This document shows positions 62,485 through 64,000 of a stretch of DNA of 64,000 nucleotides, in pieces. This stretch comes from Octopus vulgaris. Taxonomy: Eukaryota. Below the pieces are notes generated by a model that was not told the DNA's origin, did no database searches, and saw only the letters and a list, made by a program, of their open reading frames with translations. A program made the translations under genes and the position numbers. Position 1 is the first letter of the stretch, and every line of letters starts with the position of its first letter. The stretch spans positions 17,298,001 through 17,362,000 of the forward strand of contig OX597839.1 in the NCBI GenBank assembly GCA_951406725.2, in the 5' to 3' direction.

Positions 62485-62644
62485 ACACAGACATGGCTGT
62501 ATGGTTAAGAAACTTTCTTCCCATCTGCATGGTTTTGGGTTCAGTCTTGCTGTATAACATCTAGGGTGAATGTCTTGGGCTGACCAATGTCTTGTGAGTG
62601 AATTCAGTAGACAGAAACTGTATCAAAACCTGTATGTGTGTGTT

Positions 62645-62692
<48 letters not shown>

Positions 62693-63165
62693 GAGGCGCA
62701 ATGGCCTAGTGGTTAGGGCAGTGGACTTGCGGTCGTAGGATCGCGGTTTTGATTCCCAGACTGGGCATTGTGAGTGTTTATTGAGCGAAAACACCTAAAG
62801 CTCCACGAGGCTCCGGCAGGGGGTGGTGGCGATCCCTGCTGTACTCTTTCGCCACTTTCTCTCACTCTTTCTTCTGTTGGCCTGCTCGCTTAGCCAGCGG
62901 GGTGGCGTCATTTGAAGGCTAAAACAATGCGAAGCACATTGTGACCAGCGATGTGTAACAACATCTGATAGCCTGGTCGGTCACGGTGATCACAGTGATA
63001 TATGCGTGTGTGTGTATAATGAAGCAGTTCAGTAAAAGAGACTAATAGACTAAGTACCAGACTTGATAACCAATAAGTAGTGGGGTCAATTTATTAGACG
63101 AAACCCTCTAAGTACGTGTCTCAGCAAGCCCGCAGCATAGTAACTGAAAAAAAAATTAAGTTGAA
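62485..63165 (+). mobile_element. Old SINE A split by a SINE C insertion in its internal microsatellite
   Basis: A head at 62485-62635 and A tail at 63020-63165. Confidence 0.7.
62692..62999 (+). mobile_element. Young full-length SINE family C with tail type 1
   Basis: Colinear with 47827-48133, CpG-rich. Confidence 0.9.
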
Positions 63166-64000
63166 AGATAATCTGTGTATTATGTACTTGCTTCCTATGT
63201 ATTTTCTTGTTTTCTATGTATTTTCTTATGTTCATTATTGCTGCATACAGCATAAAAATCTACTTATAATAAACACTATCATGGATAAAACGCATCTTGA
63301 ATTTAGGCTTAAATTGACTCAAAAATCGCAAGCTACCAAGCACCTATGCAACTGCTAGATGTGTAGACAATCTACTGTACATTGATGTCCCATCACAATT
63401 ATAAAATTATCATGTAATTTCAAGTGATGCAGATGAAAACATACATATGTATGTATGCATTTTACCCTTGCTTCATTTCTCTCTCTTTTCTTTTTTTTAT
63501 CTCCTTTTTTCTCTCTCCAGTCTCACTGAACTTACCTCTCGTATCCAACAAAGTACTATGTCTGAAACATAATCTTACTCTATAACTTTGTTTTACTTTA
63601 TTTGAGCTTCAGCTTAATAGTATTAACTATGAACATTCCTTGGGCACTCTATTGTGTTGTTTTTGTTACTTGTATTTGCTTTGGTGCTGCATCATCATCA
63701 TTTAAAATCCATATTCCATGCTGGCATGGGTTTGATGGTTTGAAAGAACTTGGTGAGCCAAATGACAGTACCAAGCCCTACTCTGCTTTAACATGTTTTC
63801 TATAGCTGCATGCCCTCCCTAACTCCAATTATATATATACATACATACTATATATATATGCTTTTTAGTATAACACCTAATTGAATTCTATAAACAAACC
63901 TTTCAATAGAAATATTTTCATGAATTGAACAGCAGGAACTGCTAGCAACCACTGACCAACGACAGTCAAGGCAATCCCAAATTCTTTCCTCCCCTTCTCC

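Noticed and set aside
63500-63570. Splice-like signals on both strands (also 2605, 4765, 50661, 57873, 57980)
   Set aside because: These are isolated acceptors or donors without a convincing partner or frame, as expected by chance in AT-rich DNA.

Overview
This is AT-rich, microsatellite-dense eukaryotic DNA with no intact multi-domain gene. The repeat families (tRNA-headed SINEs with internal TA/TG tracts, RTE tails, Penelope-like ends) look like those of an octopod cephalopod (inference), and the window is probably intronic or intergenic. It holds two full-length but inactivated D,D34D mariner elements and a third remnant, dozens of SINE copies from at least five families that exchange 3' modules, fragments of Tx1/L1-like, RTE/BovB-like, CR1-like, R4/Dong-like and Penelope-like retroelements, piggyBac-like and hAT-like MITEs, and a Helitron-like element. 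The most notable signal is a set of minimal hammerhead-ribozyme-like cores (CUGANGA...GAAA...UH), one of them inside a tRNA-headed SINE bounded by a 13-bp target-site duplication. Also notable are an 83-bp templated insertion copied from 8.4 kb away, nested fold-back structures, and a speculative chain of three small phase-compatible exons. Family labels A-F are my own working names. Ends of old repeats are approximate and no database search was run.
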